This document shows positions 61,346 to 64,000 of a DNA stretch of 64,000 nucleotides, piece by piece. The stretch covers positions 515,687 through 579,686 of the forward strand of contig JBAXXQ010000001.1 in the NCBI GenBank assembly GCA_037127795.1. The letters run 5' to 3'. The position numbers and the translations under genes are program-made. The notes below the pieces were generated by a model. It was not told the DNA's origin and searched no databases. It saw nothing but the letters and a program-made list of their open reading frames with translations. Numbering within the stretch: position 1 is the first letter of the stretch; every line of letters begins with the position of its first letter. The DNA is from a bacterium (GTDB lineage Bacteria; Patescibacteriota; Minisyncoccia; Phycocordibacterales; UBA9973).

Positions 61346-62097
61346 ATAGTAAATTTAGCAAATTTTTTGATACCTGTCTTTGTTAAAATGTATTGCCCAA
61401 GAATTTTTAAAATATTCAAGCCGTACGGAACCACATTTACATAACAAATTTCTTTACCATAAAATGTAGGGATTGTTACTTCACTAATTTTTTTCTTAGC
61501 TACAACAAGTTGAATAATAATATCAGAATCAAAATGAAAATCATCTGAAGATAGATTAAAAGGGATAGTCTGTAATGCATGGACATTATACGCTCTAAAT
61601 CCTGAGTGAAATTCAGATAAATGAGTACCGAGAACAACATTTTCAACAAAGGTTAAAAACTTATTACCTACATATTTGTACAATGGCATCCCCCCTTTGA
61701 GCGGTGCTCCTGTCATACGAGATCCAAATACAAAATCAGCATCACCTTGTACTATAGGTGCAATAACAGTCCCTATATATTCTGGTGCATATTGCACATC
61801 CCCGTGTACCATAACTACCACATCATACCCATGCTCTATTGCATAATTATATGACCATTTTTGATTCCCCCCGTATCCTTTATTTTTCTCATGATGAACA
61901 ACAGTAATATTTTGTAATTTATTTACTTGTGCATACTGCTCTGCATACAATGCAGTGTTATCTTGTGAGGCATCATCAGCAACAAGAACATCACTTGTTT
62001 TGAGTATTTCAGATGGAATACGATTAAGCACTTCTATGATAGTAGACTCTGCATTGTACGCTAATATTAATACTAATACTTTTTTATTTTGTGGCAT
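61342..62097 (-). CDS. GT2 polyprenol-phosphate glycosyltransferase (GtrB/DPM1-like)
   Basis: AYNA, DDASQD, NKGYGG, HGDVQY, FGSR, SGFRAY. Confidence 0.9.
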   Translation of the reverse strand: MPQNKKVLVLILAYNAESTIIEVLNRIPSEILKTSDVLVADDASQDNTALYAEQYAQVNKLQNITVVHHEKNKGYGGNQKWSYNYAIEHGYDVVVMVHGDVQYAPEYIGTVIAPIVQGDADFVFGSRMTGAPLKGGMPLYKYVGNKFLTFVENVVLGTHLSEFHSGFRAYNVHALQTIPFNLSSDDFHFDSDIIIQLVVAKKKISEVTIPTFYGKEICYVNVVPYGLNILKILGQYILTKTGIKKFAKFTI

Positions 62098-62098
62098 A

Positions 62099-63808
62099 TT
62101 ATTTATGAGAAAGATTTATTCTATACAAGAAATATGTATCATCGGTGGTAATAACTTTGGTAAATCTTTTATTATTATCAAGTACATAATTTAAATTACT
62201 GTACATTGATGCAGATACTATATAATTACTTTTAAAATCTGTACTAATAGTATCAGCAATACTATTACCCTGATCTAGTACCCATGCGTCTCGTAATTTT
62301 TTATTACCAAACGCTTTTGATTGTGCTTGTACAGTAGTAGGACAGTTTTCCGTGTCACATACATACCCACGTCCTATATTTTGCCAAAGCCAATATAGTC
62401 GAGGATCATATTTATATGTAAGCATTGGCTCAAGTCCTATCACGTAGTCTTGGTGTGGTGCATAATAATACAATTGTGAAAACCAACTCCAATCCATATC
62501 AAATACAATATCCCCTTTTTTGAGATTATCATTGAGATATCCACCTATAGCACTAAATTGCTCTGGTCTACTTCCCGATGTTGCAAAACTATCATATAGC
62601 TGCAGTAAACTATTACAGAAAAAGTACAAAAGAAATACAACCAATGCAGAACGTACTATATTTTTTATACTTGAATTTGTTGGTGAAAATAGCGCATAAA
62701 CATTACTTAATACGAGTACAATAAACACCCAACTAAAGAATATGAATACATCGGTAAATCTATTACTCATCAGTGGTATAGCAGTAATAAATACACAAGA
62801 CACCGCAAACAATACCAATAACAACACTTCCAAATCTTTTTTCTTATTATCAAAAGAAAATCTATTCTTTATATTTGACCAAAAAATTCGCACATAACAA
62901 ACAACAGAAAAAATAAATATACTACTCAATAATACATTTTGATTAATAAAATCAAAAAAGTTTTTTGGGTACACTTCGTTTCCTACACTAATATTTGGTT
63001 TATTTGCTGAAGTATGTAGCACTCCTGCCAACACATCAAAAAGATTTTCTTTTATACTAATAAAAAATCCTTTATCAATACACAATGTGAGCACTATTGC
63101 AGTACTAGTACCGAGTATTGCATACAAAAATTCTTTCCAAGGGAATACTTTATAATAGAAAAAATATGCAAAAAGATACACTATTGCAATAAGTACTGGG
63201 ACAAAGAATGTCGCAGTATGCCAAAACAATGGCAAAAATGCACACACAAATATCCAAAAATATTTTCTTTTGTGGAGTGCAATAGTAAACAATACTAATA
63301 TCACAGGAGAAAATACAAATGGCCGAGAAAGAAATATTCTATAAAAAGACCCGAACCCTAGTACAACAAAAAATCCTAATGCCCACAAAAATGGATACAA
63401 TATATGCATTTTTCTAAATACCACATAAAAAATAGTACCAATTAATGCAAGGATACATACTGCGTAGAATTTAATCCCGATATATAACGGCGTGATATAG
63501 GTAAAAGGAATAAGTACTGCATAAAACAAAAAGTTGTAATACAAAAAATGATCCCCACGCGCTATACCAGAAAAATAAATAGTTTTGAAACTGCGAAATG
63601 AGTGCCAAAATCCATTGTCGAGCAATTGTGATGCAAATCTAAAATGAAAGTAATGATCATCTCCCGAAGATAATTCTGGGATAGTCATATACATTACAGA
63701 AAAACAAGTCGCAAAAAAAGTAAAGACGAGTAAACTAGAAATAAAAGGAGATTTTTGTATTGTATCAACGACTGTTTTGTAGGCTGTTTTTATTCGGAAA
63801 ATATTCAT
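62099..63808 (-). CDS. multi-TM membrane protein, putative GT-C glycosyltransferase
   Basis: About 11-13 TM, acidic DD pair in the first external loop (SGDDHYFH), C-terminal external domain; adjacent to GT2 and GtrA. Confidence 0.65.
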   Translation of the reverse strand: MNIFRIKTAYKTVVDTIQKSPFISSLLVFTFFATCFSVMYMTIPELSSGDDHYFHFRFASQLLDNGFWHSFRSFKTIYFSGIARGDHFLYYNFLFYAVLIPFTYITPLYIGIKFYAVCILALIGTIFYVVFRKMHILYPFLWALGFFVVLGFGSFYRIFLSRPFVFSPVILVLFTIALHKRKYFWIFVCAFLPLFWHTATFFVPVLIAIVYLFAYFFYYKVFPWKEFLYAILGTSTAIVLTLCIDKGFFISIKENLFDVLAGVLHTSANKPNISVGNEVYPKNFFDFINQNVLLSSIFIFSVVCYVRIFWSNIKNRFSFDNKKKDLEVLLLVLFAVSCVFITAIPLMSNRFTDVFIFFSWVFIVLVLSNVYALFSPTNSSIKNIVRSALVVFLLYFFCNSLLQLYDSFATSGSRPEQFSAIGGYLNDNLKKGDIVFDMDWSWFSQLYYYAPHQDYVIGLEPMLTYKYDPRLYWLWQNIGRGYVCDTENCPTTVQAQSKAFGNKKLRDAWVLDQGNSIADTISTDFKSNYIVSASMYSNLNYVLDNNKRFTKVITTDDTYFLYRINLSHK

Positions 63809-63866
63809 ATATATCAATCATTCTTTCACATTTAGACGCTAATTGCAAACACGCTTTTAAAAACAC

Positions 63867-63891
63867 AAAAACCCCCTATTAAGGGGGTTTT
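63867..63891. terminator. intrinsic terminator
   Basis: AAAACCCCCT-ATTA-AGGGGGTTTT. Confidence 0.8.
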
Positions 63892-63905
63892 TGAAGCTCT
63901 TAAGA

Positions 63906-64000
63906 TTAATTACAAGAATAATTACCAGTACTACTACCAATAGCAGAGTTTGATGCGTTAAAAGTACCAACTTTTGCTGCTCCTGTATAGTCAACACAGA
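63906..64000 (-). CDS. C-terminus of a probable (major) type IV pilin, partial
   Basis: Translation ...CVDYTGAAKVGTFNASNSAIGSSTGNYSCN-stop: Cys-bounded Ser/Thr-rich tail, followed by a strong terminator, at the head of the pilus cluster. Confidence 0.55.
   Translation of the reverse strand, partial: CVDYTGAAKVGTFNASNSAIGSSTGNYSCN

Overview
AT-rich chromosomal segment (standard genetic code) that looks like a small-genome Patescibacteria/CPR bacterium, most likely Parcubacteria (Nomurabacteria-like); this taxonomy is inferred from gene content and style, not from a search. It carries core genes (dnaG partial, rpoBC, trmD, khpA, rpsP, rnr, secG, rnj, htrA, mutY, ftsEX, prfB, typA, a DEAD-box helicase, gatCA, ligA), six tRNAs and a type IV pilin cluster with an embedded GtrA/GT2/GT-C/methyltransferase module. 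Main observations: (1) Two promoter architectures. About 15 mostly core genes look leaderless, with the start codon 6-9 nt after the -10 box. About 16 interspersed single-gene accessory cassettes instead have a TTG(A/T/G)NN-16/17-TAnnnT promoter, an A-tract leader and usually their own terminator, and 9 of them place the ATG exactly 17 nt after the -10 box. (2) This cassette class holds the foreign-looking cargo: a protein with a Bacteroidota-type T9SS C-terminal sorting domain, Bacteroidota-style lipoproteins including a three-member paralog family, a eukaryote-type arginine (phosphagen) kinase and a 2H phosphoesterase. This suggests a dedicated, possibly host-directed, expression programme (inference). 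(3) Also seen: a promoter/terminator-bounded candidate sRNA, a structured element between tRNA genes, an unannotated 45-aa basic ORF, a heavily substituted rifampicin pocket in RpoB, a domain-1-reduced RF2 and a MutY lacking its Fe-S cluster motif. No CRISPR array, rRNA, integrase or transposase was recognised.
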